A program made the position numbers and the translations under genes. From Eledone cirrhosa (lineage: Eukaryota): a stretch of DNA of 64,000 bases. This document shows, in pieces, positions 1-13,951 of the stretch; position 1 is the first letter of the stretch; every line of letters begins with the position of its first letter. Where the stretch lies: assembly GCA_964016885.1 (NCBI GenBank), contig OZ024740.1, positions 186,310,001 to 186,374,000 on the forward strand. The letters are read 5' to 3'. The notes under the pieces were generated by a model. The model ran no database searches and was not told where the DNA came from. It saw only the letters and a list, made by a program, of their open reading frames with translations.

Positions 1-531
1 TATTTCATCAAATCATTAAGAGTTCGAACATAAATACATCACAGCAAATAAATGTCACAACCTTTTCTATACAGCTCTATACGTAACGCAAGTAGAAAGC
101 CACCATGCGGGATACATTTTAAGTAAAATGACATTTTCATCAGAACAAATTGACCCAGAAAATACTTAAAGGGCTTTCGGAAATAAGCATTTATCCTTTA
201 TTCATTTTAATTTATTCTTCGCAAAAATTTACATTAATCAATTCCAGCCAAAGCAAAATTGTTCCTTAATGGTCTTTTCTTGTTTTCGTCAAAGTTTTAT
301 TCAATTAAATTACTAAAGCATGTTGATAATTTATCTGGTTATGTTACAATATTTATTTATCTGAATAATCCCTCCTTACACTATCGTCCACCCATTCCAC
401 TTAGCGTTACTGTAGATGACTACCAGAGGAAATTACAGTATCAGAGGCTTTGCTTTAATATTTTCAGGATTTCGTAGATTCTGCAGGTCTGAATCAGTCG
501 ACTTTACTAATCTTAATTATAAATACTGCCA

Positions 532-650
<119 letters not shown>

Positions 651-707
651 GACTAAATGAACGGTTGTATTGACTAAAGAAAGCTCTCTCTATGTAATCA
701 TAGAGGT

Positions 708-925
708 AAACTTACTGTATTGATTAAATACATGGCAAACCGGGGTATACCTTCTTAGGTACTCCGAGTTTCCGACGCAAGTTGATATCCTTCGTTTTTC
801 GGCCTTTAGAAATGTACTGCCGGTGACTTTATAAAGGATGAAGAACGAAGGAAAATAATTTGTTCAGGAAACTCAGAATACTTAAGGAGGTATACGCCAG
901 CTTGCCATGTACGTCATACAATAAA

Positions 926-928
<3 letters not shown>
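708..928. mobile_element. Diverged palindromic element with two degenerate head-to-head HHRs
   Basis: Arms ~708-808 and ~830-928 are imperfect reverse complements. + arm: agg ATGAAGA acgaagg...GAAAC tcaga ATA ctt. - arm (757-805): agg CCGAAAA acgaagg...cttgcgtcg GAAAC tcgga GTA cct. Their consensus restores CTGAAGA/GAAAC/GTA. Right end abuts (TA)n. Confidence 0.55.
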
Positions 929-959
<31 letters not shown>

Positions 960-961
<2 letters not shown>

Positions 962-1160
962 AAAAATGTCAGGAATCCGACGGCTGAGCTCCGGCCGTTT
1001 CGAAAGCTAGATCCGATTAGTTCGGATGTAGCTGTCGAAACAGCCGGACGACACCCGTCGGGGTCCTGACTTTTTTCCTATTACCCACTCTACTACACTA
1101 AGTATCGAGTACTCTGGGGCGTTATGGTCCACCTGGCATCTTACCACACCTTCTTTGTTA
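960..1160 (+). mobile_element. Family A hairpin element, copy 1 (3' half of HHR, TA-flanked)
   Basis: Inverted repeat 960-1080 followed by an unpaired tail containing GAGTACTC (1107-1114). Homologous to 6273-6420, 45662-45853 and 59311-59514. Family consensus GAAAC GGC...GCC GTC matches HHR stem III plus a GUC site. Confidence 0.75.
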
Positions 1161-1164
1161 TATT

Positions 1165-1222
<58 letters not shown>

Positions 1223-2807
1223 GTGTGTGTGTGTGTGTGCATACGTGTGTGTTTGTGTGTGTGTGTAAGTGTGTGTGTGTGAGTGTGTGTATATATATAT
1301 GAATATATGAATATATGTAAATTATCCAATAAATATCTTTAATCACTTTTTTTGCAAATAATTTCTAACTTTCCATCGAACAAAATCGATCACTTCAGTT
1401 ATTAACAGCCTCTCTCTCATTCTTCTAAAAGGTATTTAACTGCTTTTAATAAATACACTATTTCCATTGTCCGATATACAAAACAGAATATTTTAATAAT
1501 ATCTTTAACATGTGAAAATGCAGCACTATCTAAAATATTTTCATCTCTGAAAATATGAATGTATAGCATTATTTAATTATAGTTCTCATAAGAGACCAAT
1601 ATTAAGTAAAAATAATTCTCTTGACATTCACTTTTTACAAATATGATATTTCGAATCAGACAGTTTTCATGATTTCATAGCTTATCTAAAGGAAACTGTT
1701 TTTCTTTATCGGTCTGAGAAATGGATGGGGAACATTTGATTATAGCTGTGTGATATATCTTTGCTACAGAAGTAAATTTTATATTAGTGATGATATTATT
1801 CAATTTCTTTTAAATTTTATCTTTTTCTTTTCTATTTTGATCTCCCAATACTCGCCATTTCCCGACTGTATTGCAGTTTTCATAACTTTCAAAGTGATAA
1901 GATGAGTTTCACACATCGAAAACTAATCAATAACATGCGACTGAATAATCATCAAATATCTTTTTCTAAATACTGCTGTCTTTACTTATTTGCTGGACTA
2001 CGTGTCAATGAAATATGTGTGCAGGCCATCTTAGAACTAGGGCTAATATGTTCTTATGGATTATTTTAGCTAGATAACAATTGCATAAATTTCAGAGTGC
2101 GTGTATTCTGAAATGAGAACATTGTATAAAAGTATTTATAATTGAACTAAATCGGGGACCCGAATCTGATAACAAATTTATCTTCACACCATATATTGCG
2201 TTTACCAATTAATTATTTATGTCACCAACGCGTGTGTTATTAAGCAAATTAAGGCAAACCAATTTAGTTCTATCCGAGTTTCTGTAACCTATTAACATCT
2301 ATGATTTACTATTTTCTCTATGATGAGGATAATTACAAAATTATGTGCCGTTAAAATTATTGAAATTAGATATGTTATGACTACAGAGAAGAACCTGTGG
2401 TTTAAACTCAGAATCAACTCTTCTCAGTTAACGTTATGTGTCCTAATGCCGTGTAGTGCAACTAATAATTAATATCTATCACTCTGTACAGTTACTGTAT
2501 ACAGTGTAAATCATTAAGCTGTAGCCAATCCAAGGTTCTAGGAGAGGGGGCTTGATTGAAATTCTACGTAGTGTGTTCGAATTCCGTGTCATGGGGTTGC
2601 AAATCAAAGCAAATAACCTAACCACACACCCCTGTTTGTGGATATCTGTGCGTGCGTACATGCGAACTTTCGCGCGTGGAGGCATGTGTGTGTCTGTGTA
2701 TGTATGTATGTGTTATAGAAAGGAAAAATGTGTTAACGTGACACGGTTCCTCATTTAAGTTAACTCAACATTTTCTTCTTTCTGTTGTACAGTTCCCTAC
2801 TATATTT

Positions 2808-2879
<72 letters not shown>

Positions 2880-2994
2880 GATATACGAAGATATGTCAGG
2901 TTAAATTTTGTTTGCGTGTATCAAATTACTCCTTGCTTAGTCATTTGTTTTTCCTTGTATTAAACATTTACAATTATATATTTAATGTATATAT

Positions 2995-3085
<91 letters not shown>

Positions 3086-5362
3086 CGTGTGTGTGTGTTA
3101 TATGTGTGTGTATGTGTGTGTTTTATATATATCTGTGTGTATGTGTATGGAGAGAGAGAGAGAGATTATTTCAGATGATAACATTGTTTCTATATCCTCT
3201 AAAATTCATGAAATTCCATTTGACGAAAGAAAGATAAAAACTTTCCCTTTTAAATTAAAAACACGATTGTGGAGTTAGTTAGCATTTACACTGTGGTTAT
3301 ATATTCTGAAAAAGTTTACGTTTGTAGATTATTTGGAAACGCTTATATAACCGATTTCCAAAGCTTAGATATTACAAGAAGGACTGGGACAAAGCCTATT
3401 ATTTGCAAAGATATTTTTGTAAAGAAAAATATAGGAGTGACATGAGGCACTATAACGGGTCTTTGTTCTTAAATTAACTTCTACTCTAGACACATTAAAT
3501 GCTCAAAATACATCTAAATTCTTTTATTGATATTGTTTGTATTTTATTGTTGTTTTTATGTTGTGATTTCATTACTGAAAGTTATGTACTTATCCATACT
3601 TCCAGACATTTCAGTGAAAAGGAAATGAAGCATATTGGCGCTAGTTATATGTAGTCATTGTGGGAAAACGGTCACTCTCGGATCGATTGCACAGCCAAAT
3701 CAATTTATCAATAGTATTGCAGAAACCGCAATAACAACTGTAGCAGCACCAAGACCACCACCACTGCCACCACCTACAACAACAGCAAAAACAACAACAA
3801 AAACAATAACTCAGAATCATGTAGCAATAGTGGTAACAAATGGCAATTTATTACATACACTCCTTTCTATTGCCGGCACTAAATTTAGAATACACTTAGT
3901 AATCTTTTCCTTTTTTGTGTAGAAATATATTTTTATGGTTGAATTAGGAAATAATTCCTGCATCCATTTACAAGTGACCTTTCTTTGTATGAATCATAAT
4001 CAAAACAAAGATGAATAAATAATATGAAATAAAAAATAAAATTCTGAAATGAATGAATAATTCCGACGTTGCAAATAGATTAATGTTGTAATTTGTTTTG
4101 ATGCTAAGCTGAGTCGTTATATTCAAAGATTTTCTATTGAAAAAGCAAGGCCTTTTTGCAAAAGTCGGCAGGTCTCTAAACAGGGCTTAATACCCATTGA
4201 ATAAACGGTTGCAATTATTGTTAATGTTTTCAAAAATGCGTTTAATTGCCAGAAAATGCAGCAGGATAAATAGACGTTTTTTTGTCTATGCTATCATATA
4301 CAATTTCATCATTTCGACACTTTCACAGTCTTAGTCTTTGTCACTCATTTTCCCTATATTTTAAAAACCTCAAATATGTTTATGAGTCGCAAATTCTAAT
4401 ATAATAATGATTATCTTCTGTGACAAAAATTCATTATATCAGTTTGCTACAATATATCTGTTGTTTTATTGAAATATAAAACTTAATTTGATGAAGGTTA
4501 ACGCATAAAACATAACTTAAGATCTTAGAATACTTTCCCGTTAAAGTATAAATTAGGCTATTTATGTTGTTTTATTTTGATTTGTATTATGCCGTTCAGA
4601 TACAACATTTCACTTTGATTTACGTCATTACTAGAATGTTCCTACATAATGTATTCGAATTAGAATCTCTAATGTTACTAGCGTCCAAATTAGATAAGCA
4701 TAAAATGTAGGAGGTTTTATTTGAACATGACACGATAATTTCTTCTCTTTGTAAAAGTAGTTATCTAAAGACTAAAAAAATATATTATTACGTGCGTGCT
4801 TTTTTTTTAAGGGGTCGGCGACTTACGAGAATGCTTCTAACAGTGAATCAAAGCTGTATTCCGAACTGTGTGCTATGCTGAAAATGTATTTCTACACTAT
4901 CTTCCGGTTTGTTTATACGTATTTGTGAGATACCAACCCTGTGGAATTCTGAATCACAGAATTTCATAGTATTGGATCATTCCCAAAGTTTTACAGCTTT
5001 AAAGCTGCTTAAGAACATAATTGCTAACATGCGAAGTCATAGATCACGTCTGGTTCATAAACTATTCAACCGAAACGGATTACCGATTCTTATTTCTATT
5101 GCAACACAGTGGAACTTCAACTACATTTTATCACTCTTCAACAGAATCACTGAAATAAAATCGTAGAAAGATTTGGAAGTGTTTTCGCTTTAGGCTGAGT
5201 TCATGGAAAAATATATTTACACACTGGAGTGCACGCACATAAGTCTATGCCTATATATATATAGTAAGAATTTAGATCAATATACCGTGATTCCGATCTC
5301 GTTCGCTATACATTGGTGGAATTGTTGTAAAGCGACAATCCAAATCAGAACATAGAAAAGTG

Positions 5363-5428
<66 letters not shown>

Positions 5429-5599
5429 ATGTGTGTACGTGTGTGTGTGAATGTGTGTGTGAATGTGTGTGTGAATGTGTGTGTGTATGTGTGAGTGTGC
5501 GTGTAGCAACTCTCCAGTTCAACTCATACATACAAGCATGGAAAACACGGTCATCAACACGCTACTGCAATGGCAGAAAGCACTAAGTACCCCTTGTAA

Positions 5600-5868
5600 A
5601 TTTGTCATGCTGGTGACACAACAAAAGCCCCTATTCCACCATGTAATGTGTTTGCGCTAGTGACAGGACAACTGATCACCAAGTCCACCCAGTAATGTGG
5701 TCGTACTTGTGACAAGACAAATAAACACTCAGTCCATCCTGTGGGGTGGTCGTGCTGGTGGCACGATGAATACGTACCCTGTCAATTTGTCGTTTTGGTG
5801 TCACAATGAACAGTACCTAGTACACACTGTAATGAGGTTGGCATTAGGAAGAGCATTTAGTTGTAGTA
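5600..5868 (+). repeat. Degenerate ~50-55 bp tandem units (GTC.TGCTGGTG.CAC.A), probably SINE-associated
   Basis: Five variants (gtcatgctggtgacac, tgcgctagtgacag, gtcgtacttgtgacaa, gtcgtgctggtggcac, gtcgttttggtgtcac) followed by ggttggcattaggaagagcat. Confidence 0.5.
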
Positions 5869-6040
5869 CCACGGTTACTTGATCTGAATCGTCTAATAAC
5901 GAGAAAACTCGTCTAACACACGGTAACGTGTAAAATAGGCGTTAAACGATAATGATGAAAATTATATATACATACCTATATAGAGAAAGACTGAGAGTGA
6001 TAGAGAGATTTATGTATATATATATATATATATATACATA

Positions 6041-6067
<27 letters not shown>

Positions 6068-6071
<4 letters not shown>

Positions 6072-6213
6072 GTAATGAAGGAGTAACCAATCGTCCTTGT
6101 TATCTTTTCACTATAATACACTCTGTCAAGCTCTACACATCGACGCAGAAGTGAACCTAAACATCGAGTGCTCACCCGGGTGAACCTATAGTAACTCCAA
6201 GTTACACTTACTG

Positions 6214-6216
<3 letters not shown>
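6068..6216 (+). mobile_element. Short microsatellite-flanked element 3' end with GAGTGCTC motif
   Basis: gctcacccgggtgaacctatagtaactcc...ctgga(TA)n recurs at 53397-53444 (gctcatctgggtgaacctacagtaactcc...ctgga(TA)n). Confidence 0.55.
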
Positions 6217-6272
<56 letters not shown>

Positions 6273-6275
<3 letters not shown>

Positions 6276-6420
6276 CATAGAGGGTGTGGTAAAATACCAG
6301 GTGGACCATAACGCACCAGAGTACTCACTCAATTCTTAGGGTAGTAGAGTGGGTAAGTGGGTAATAGGAATAGAGTCGAAACGGCCGGAGCTCAGCCGTC
6401 GGAGTCCTGACTCTTTTCCT
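6273..6420 (-). mobile_element. Family A hairpin element, copy 2 (internally deleted)
   Basis: Reverse complement of the 960-1160 tail plus gtcgaaacggccggagctcagccgtcgg. Confidence 0.75.
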
Positions 6421-6516
6421 GTATAGTTTCAGAAGATCCCGTTAAGTTGAAAGCAGAGATTCTTTGCTTTAACTTTAATTTGTTATTTAAATAAATTAAT
6501 ATATATATATATATAT

Positions 6517-6726
6517 ATAATTGAATATAAAAGAGAGATAAACACAGATATAAATAAATATGTGTTCAATCGTAAGGGACCAGATTCCCTTACTCCCTTA
6601 CGATTTGAACACATATATGTTTATATCTGTGTTTATCTCTCTTTTATATTCAATTATATTACACGGCTCAGAAAACCTCTTTCTTTGGGCTATTTAATTG
6701 CAAGAGACTATTTTGAATTTCTAACT
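6517..6726 (+). mobile_element. Family B palindromic element, TA-flanked
   Basis: Arms ~6517-6579 and 6594-6657, then tail acacggctcagaaaac...ttctaact. Homologous to 55666-56065 and 60180-60350. Confidence 0.75.
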
Positions 6727-6880
6727 ATATATATATATATATATATTGTTATACTTTGGAAGGGTCATGTTGCCAATAAGAAACACACGCACCAGTTGCT
6801 TTCACTTCAATTTATTATAATAAATTTATAAATTTCCGGTTGGTTGGTTGGTTCCACAACCAGATGATTGTTTATATATT

Positions 6881-6923
6881 GTCAAAGTTCTTTCGTCACA
6901 CATTATGTGACCTCTTCAGTGAC
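6881..6923 (-). ncRNA. Minimal type I hammerhead ribozyme (predicted)
   Basis: Reverse complement: gtca CTGAAGA g gtcaca taatg tgtgac GAAA g aa c TT tgac. Confidence 0.8.
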
Positions 6924-7068
6924 TGGGAATTCTTTTCTTTGTTTTTGTGCCTCTCCTTTGTTCTGTCCTATGCCATCTTGTTTTTGTGTGTGTTCCATGG
7001 TAACTCAAAAACAAGATGGCATAGGACAGAACAAAGGAGAGGCACAAAAACAAAGAAAAGAATCCCCA

Positions 7069-7111
7069 GTCACTGAAGAGGTCACAGAATGTGTGACGAA
7101 AGAACTTTGAC
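7069..7111 (+). ncRNA. Minimal type I hammerhead ribozyme (predicted)
   Basis: gtca CTGAAGA g gtcaca gaatg tgtgac GAAA g aa c TT^tgac; stem I gtca/tgac, 6-bp stem II, CUU site. Confidence 0.82.
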
Positions 7112-7319
7112 AATATATAAACAATCATCTGGTTGTGGAACCAACCAACCAACAGGAAATTTATAAATTCCTAAATTTATAAATTTATTATAATAAATTG
7201 AAGTGAAAGCAGCTGGTGCGTGTGTTTCTTATTGACAACATGACTCTCCCAAAGTATAACAATATCGGTTTCAACACACGTTTTCAGATAAAGAATCTTG
7301 CTAAACAAATTCAGAAACG

Positions 7320-7392
<73 letters not shown>

Positions 7393-8697
7393 GTTTAAGA
7401 ATAGACAAGACAAATACAGATGCAAAAGCACATTGTTCTATTAGTTTCAAGCTTAGGCGAAATTGTTGCAAATTACATTGTAGAATATATGGAAATTGGT
7501 TGTGTTTAGGAGGAAACGGTTATAATGCAGATGGTGCTGTAAATATAGAGAAATCAATTTCAAAGGAAAAAACCGGTTAGGTGAGGTTGAATGCAGAAGA
7601 CTAGAACAGGAAAAGGAAAGAACCTGTGATAATATTACCATGGAAATATTATTGCTGCCTATATATCGGATATACCATCCATTGTCAATGGGGTTCAAAA
7701 TAAACTTTGGGGAATGTCGGAGAGGGTAGTAATGTCGTACGTTGTGATGTATTTTGAAACACTTCACAGAGACAATGATGCACTGGGGATTTAATGAAAA
7801 TGAAATACTCTTGGTTTCCAAATTTATTCTGCCACGGAGCCGTTTTACGATTTTTCAATCATCGCTGAACACAATTCTATATGTTACGGACAATCAGGAA
7901 TTTCTTAATTTAAATAAAACATTAAATTAAACACAAATTGTTTTAGAGAAAGAATTTATTAATGTAATAAATATATAATACTTCTTCTTCTTTTTCACCC
8001 ACTTATTCCTGGGAGGGTAGTGGAATATGTATTATATTTTAATACATTTTTTAAAAGACGCATTATCTTGCAGAACCACAGAATATTTTCACGAAACCAA
8101 ATTAGGTTAACACTGATTAAGACTATAGGAATATAGGAAAAGTAAGTTGGCGAACATCACAAGAGCCAATCCGCTACACCACAAATCCTGTATGTCTCTG
8201 TATAATTACAATCTAGTCTAGTGGTATGTCTGTCTGTGATTTCAAGTCATTAATATTTCGACGGTCATTAAATGTGTTAGCACGCTTCAAGTTTACATAA
8301 TTCTGTTTTGGGTCCGTCACAATTGAGTGTTAAAAACTGATTGAACTTAACGATGTTTATGTCTCATGAAATCTAAAACAGATGTGTTACTATGGTTTTA
8401 TTCAGAATAAATTTATTTGTTCGTTTGTGTATTACTAGTTAAAGCAACTTTTCTTTCAATTAATTTCTTAAAGTTCAAAGCTTCGTTGTTAGTTTTATGA
8501 TAAATGAATAAAACAAAAAAGATAATAATTTGGGCTGGCTTCATTAGACTTAGACATGAATCATTTTATACCTTTCATGTTTATCTACTAAATATGAATG
8601 TTATACTTAATAGCAAGCGGTGAATTTAAAGCTGATCTCTAATAAATTGTCGCATTAGTACAATAAATCTGAATTCGTGGATTTTTGTATCCCCCTC

Positions 8698-8701
<4 letters not shown>

Positions 8702-8785
<84 letters not shown>
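8702..8785. repeat. (CT)n microsatellite
   Basis: Perfect CT run. Confidence 0.97.
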
Positions 8786-8789
<4 letters not shown>

Positions 8790-9055
8790 TTACTCTGTCT
8801 CTCTCTCTATCTATCTATTTATCTATATATCTATCTATATATCTATATATAAATGAAAATAGAGAAATTAATGTAAGCAAAATGCCAACAATAATTCAGA
8901 CATATAAGTGACTATAACATCAAGATGAAAAACATTTTAATGTAAGATGAGGGATATATCTATTTATCTAGCTAGCTAGCTATATCTGTTTGTTGGGCGT
9001 TTGTGTTTTTCTAATATATTTCTTACGTAACTGTGCGTACATGTATCTGTCTCTA

Positions 9056-9164
<109 letters not shown>

Positions 9165-10142
9165 ATATGTGTGTATACATATGTGTATGTATACATGTGT
9201 GTGTGTGTGTGTTGTGTGTGTACAAATACGTTTTTGCTCTTGTGATAATGCTTTCGACACTATCAGTTACGTTATCTAAATTTTAATTTCATGTGTTTAT
9301 ATTCAATGCGCAAAGAAATCAATGTTTAAGTTCATACATTTAACACCATTAAAACATGAGATATTTAAATCTATATATGTGTGAGTCATTATATTCATGG
9401 GTATCGCATAATACATATGTAGTTTATGACATTTCTGGAACTCTATGTATATAATGAGAAGGAAACAAAGATATAGATAAGAAGTAAGCTCTTAATTTAT
9501 GTTCCATATCAATAATTCTTTGGATATTGAAATATGTAGGCGTATTCCTATGTATAATATGTATTCTAAACGACATGCGTATATTCGTTGAAAATAGCAG
9601 TTTGTTTGTGTGATTATATATTGTGCATGTATGTAAATAAACATTGCATATTATTCAATATGTAGAATATAACAATAAAGAAAATAGGTATTAAATCAGT
9701 CATTTAATTTAGTTTTCTGTAATGTTGTGGATTAGCAGAAATGCTAGTTGCATAATTTCATTTCAAATCTCACAGGATTTAATTTCACCTTTTGTCCTTC
9801 TGTGGTTACTAATATGTATGCAGGTCAATAACTATACGCGTCAACATGCAAAAATCAACATAAATGGAGAAGCAGTATACACTATGGGGCATTGAAATGC
9901 AGCTGGGGTTGATTTTACTTTTCATTCTTTAAGGAACAATGATATATGTATCAGTGAAGCGCTAGAGTGGATTAAATCGACTATACTCTCATCTCTATCT
10001 ATCTCTCTCGCTCTCTCTCTCTCTCTCGCTCTCTCGCTCTCTCTCTCTCTCTATCTCTCGCTCTCGCTCTCTCTATCTCTCGCTCTCGCTCTCTCTCTCT
10101 CTCTCTCTCTCTTTATATATATATATATATATATAATATATA

Positions 10143-10315
10143 TCCTTTGGGAGCCCCTACATGGACACACTAGAAGAGGAAGACCAAGGTTAACGTATGT
10201 TGATGCCCCAAGGACAGACACTGGTCTGTTAGAGACGCAGGACATGGCAGCGATAATGAGGGACAGAGACCGCTGGAGAGAACTCGTCCATGGATCTCGG
10301 GAATTTTACCCCCCT
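10143..10315 (+). mobile_element. RTE-clade LINE 3' end fragment
   Basis: Encodes LWEPLHGHTRRGRPRLTYVD; closely similar to the reverse complement of 34860-35030. Confidence 0.75.
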
Positions 10316-10610
10316 TAGAATATATCAACAGGTAAATGAACTTTTGGGCACACTGCAATGCTATAGTGATATTTTAACATTTGATATAGGTTGAAAAAGA
10401 TTTCAGGCGCTAGTCATTCATTGCAAGATACGAAATAGAAGAAAGGCTAATTGGGAGAGAATAAAGACACAGACATAGTCACAAACACACACACACATAT
10501 GTGTGTGTGTGTGAGAGTGTGTGTGTCAAGTGAGAGAGAGAGATGAAGGTATAATCTTTTTAACTCATACATATAATTGTTCATTAAAAATGTATAAATT
10601 TGTACGAGAA

Positions 10611-10661
<51 letters not shown>

Positions 10662-10694
10662 TACATGAATCAAAGTTCTGTTTAAATAATTTAT

Positions 10695-10743
10695 TTGCTT
10701 ACAATTGTTTCTTCCAAACCGAGGTTTGAGGTCTTCGGAGCAA
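10695..10743 (-). ncRNA. Hammerhead ribozyme, U4C variant (predicted)
   Basis: Reverse complement: ttgct CCGAAGA cctcaaac ctcg gtttggaa GAAA CAATTG TA^agcaa; 5-bp stem I, palindromic stem III. Confidence 0.75.
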
Positions 10744-12248
10744 TTATTCAGTGATTTTCTACATACTTGACCTCCTTTTCAACACAAGAGACATATAGAA
10801 ACATATGTATATATTGACCCACAGTGGGTTGACATCCATTATAATAATATAGCATGGCAATTTACATACAAAGATTACAGTCATATTAAAGGACAAAATT
10901 AAAGTTAAAATTAAAATTAAAATTAAACATTGGCAGTTTACGAAGATAAAGCAAGAGGATAGTTTGGAGTAGCCAGTGTATGCAACAGTCACACGTGAGG
11001 CATGCACGCCTGTCCTATTTATACAAGATTATAGTGCGGCAGATTGTTACATGTAAAACAAGCAGTCAAAGCAGGCAATCAAGAGTATCATGGGGGCTGT
11101 ACTGGTAAAGCATTTTTCACACACACCTGTACGATATAGAAGCCCGTGTGTAGAGAAACACCAAAAATATCAAAAATATTACAAATGATAAGAAAAACAG
11201 CACCACTGTCCTCGCACACACCACCACTCTCACAATCCAGGAAACGCAATTAATAGACTACATGTCCATCACACAATCCACGATGATTCAACATTGGGTG
11301 CCTGGTGAACCATGCCAGAACATCACAGCTTGTCGTTCTTTAATTCGATTCTATAGAGAAGGTTGTTTTTGTTGTGAGAGTTGACATCGTATTATATTCC
11401 GGAAGTGTGTGTGATTAAGGGGAGTTAATGCGTAATGGGAGGTAACTAGCTGATTTCTATAGCTAAATTTATTATCCTAAAGTACATTAATGGTGTCTCA
11501 AATGAGTCCCTATCATATAAGGTTATAAACAATTTCTAAATTAAGTATCTTATCTATAAATTACAGTGTAGTCTATCAAGAAGTACTAAAGGTGTTCATA
11601 TTAGGATGATTACCTTCTATCATAGAGTGCCACAACCGAATATTCTACATGAAGAGTCAGATCTCCAAATCAATGATCTTTGTAAGTGTAGTCCGCCCGC
11701 AGAACCTGGCAGGGTCATATTAGAATCACTTCTATATATGACTCCTGGTAAGTTCTGGGTCATTGCATGTCTAATTGCATGGCAAAGTTAAATATCACTA
11801 GGGTAGTCCAGAGATCAATTCTCACTTACAATGACACTAATCTGACGATCAAGTCATACATGTATGTATAACTCATACATCACCTGTACATAATTCATTG
11901 CACTCAGCATATAGATTATATAGCTCTTTTATGTTAGTAAATTAATTACTTAATCTCCCATTATCCAATGATGGCACTCCATACACAGGACAATGTTAGC
12001 ACAACCAATTCCGTGCTAAAAGTTTACATTAATTACATATTGGTGTAATGTAGTCTAAGTAATTGAAGGCCATTATACCAAAAGTAGAAGTACATGGGGA
12101 TATCTCTAGGGTAAAAGGTACTAGGAGGATGTCACTATTTGCGTTAAAGTGGATTAATGGGTGTGGAGATGGGGTGTAAGGTGTGCCCCTGATGTTTTCT
12201 GCTAGAGGTGGTGACGGGTTCAAGTTTGACATTGTTATATATTGGGTT

Positions 12249-12516
12249 TTAAATTTTGGAAGGAGTGCGGAAGCGGTGTTGGCAAGACGCGAACACTTCT
12301 GATTTTTTATTAAAGTGGTTATGGTTTGAGAAGATGATAGTATGTGTCTCTAGTAGACAGAGGTTACAAAATTTATTAGGTGGTTTGTACGATGTCGCGT
12401 TACCTAGCACTTCCCATTTAAGTGTATATGGTTTATTTTTAGTTTTTAGATAGTGTATGTAGCTAGATAGTGAAGTGGAGTTGGCTAGACTGTGTTTTTT
12501 GAAAGAGTGGAGGTGC

Positions 12517-12518
<2 letters not shown>
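12249..12518 (-). pseudogene. PLE GIY-YIG endonuclease C-terminal fragment (absent from the ORF track)
   Basis: Hand translation: SHLHSFKKHSLANSTSLSSYIHYLKTKNKPYTLKWEVLGNATSYKPPNKFCNLCLLETHTIIFSNHNHFNKKSEVFASCQHRFRTPSKI*. Aligns with the 40072-40287 ORF (W...Y...CNLCL.E...N.R.D/E...C.H). Confidence 0.85.
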
Positions 12519-12574
<56 letters not shown>

Positions 12575-13037
12575 ATATATATGGTGGCTGCCAACTCGTT
12601 TTCGAGTACGGCCACTACTTTATATCCATGTTGGAGAACCCCTACAAATGCGCTGAACGAGTGTGACTTTTTAATCCAACCAGCGACTTGAAAACTCTGG
12701 TACAAACACTACACTTGTGACAATTACTGACACATAGTGCTGGGCCCATTTTACCCTGTGATAACAAGTGCAGAGAGATCTCCAGATATAAAGCAATACC
12801 TGTGCCGTGAAGCTTTTATAGTAAGCAAAGGCACTGCACAAAACCAGTCCCACTCTCTTAACCAAGATGATATTTACCAAAAAGAAGAACAAGTCAACAT
12901 CATTGGATACCATCAGGGTTGCAGGTGTTATATCAGAGTTTTCCTTCTCCTAGAATTCTGCCTTGACAAAGGCTAAGGGGTCATCTATATATATATATAT
13001 ATACATACATATATATGTGTGTGTGTGTGTGTGTATG

Positions 13038-13038
<1 letters not shown>

Positions 13039-13081
<43 letters not shown>

Positions 13082-13091
13082 GCTGCTGCTG

Positions 13092-13124
<33 letters not shown>
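13039..13124. repeat. (CTA)n/(CTG)n microsatellite
   Basis: Direct reading. Confidence 0.95.
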
Positions 13125-13951
13125 TTTTGAATTGAAATAGTTCAGAAGAGAAAATTTAAATAATGCAAAACGAAATCAGACCTATCAAATGATTTCAGCA
13201 ACAAACTTTCCAGTTCTTTCTTGAGTTGCAGATAAATAATTGAAGAAAATAATACAGAATTTCCAACTAAGATGACAGTATTTATCATAATTTAGTTGAT
13301 ATAGAACATGTCAAGAAAATATCCGGTATATAAGCAAATGTAGGAGTCCTTACGTTATTGCTAAATCTCCGAGAATAACAGCAACATCTTCATATCACAC
13401 ACTCTACTGATTTAAAAGGCGGGAAGAACCTGTTGATAGTATTTCCTCGAGTTTGCTCCATTAGATCGGACATTGAACCTAAATCGCAACATCGGCAACA
13501 ACACCAACACGAACGCAGTTGATTTCTGCACATTAAAGACAAAACAAAAACCTAGATTATGAAAGATGGCCAGCAGCAGAAAAGTTTTCGTAACTAATAT
13601 TTTCATAAAACTTGGTAATTTTTCCCTCACTCCTCTACTCTTACAGCAGCAGCCCTAAGTTTTCCATTTTGCTTTTGTTTAATTCGTTTTAATAATATTT
13701 ATAATACATTTTATAGCAATTTACTTATGAATTACAATAAAATGGAGAAAACAGAATTTATCAATAATGAAATTAGAAAGAATGGAATTTAACATATGTA
13801 TCAACAGAATTAAGGAAAATTTGAAATGGAAAGTTTGAAATGGAAAATTTGAAATAGAAAATTTGTCTTACTACATTTTGTACTAATTCACATATCCCAC
13901 TTACTTTCATATGTTTATTCATTTTGATGAAAAGAATAAATAACAACATGT

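Larger units (their letters stand above)
6745..7322. mobile_element. ~520-bp near-perfect palindrome with two head-to-head HHRs (PLE-type 3' end)
   Basis: Arms 6745-~6986 and ~7006-7265 with a ~19-nt spacer; the right arm continues to 7322; (TA)n on both sides. A related tail lies at 35590-35700. Confidence 0.88.
10659..12518 (-). mobile_element. 5'-truncated Penelope-like element (GIY-YIG C-terminus, ~1.6-kb 3' UTR, HHR)
   Basis: Bounded by (TA)n on both sides; endonuclease C-terminus at 12249-12518 and HHR at 10695-10743 on the same strand. Confidence 0.78.

Noticed and set aside
12584-12985. TA-flanked segment as another PLE end (CREAFIV peptide, cttgacaaaggct)
   Set aside because: Resemblance too weak to call without a search.
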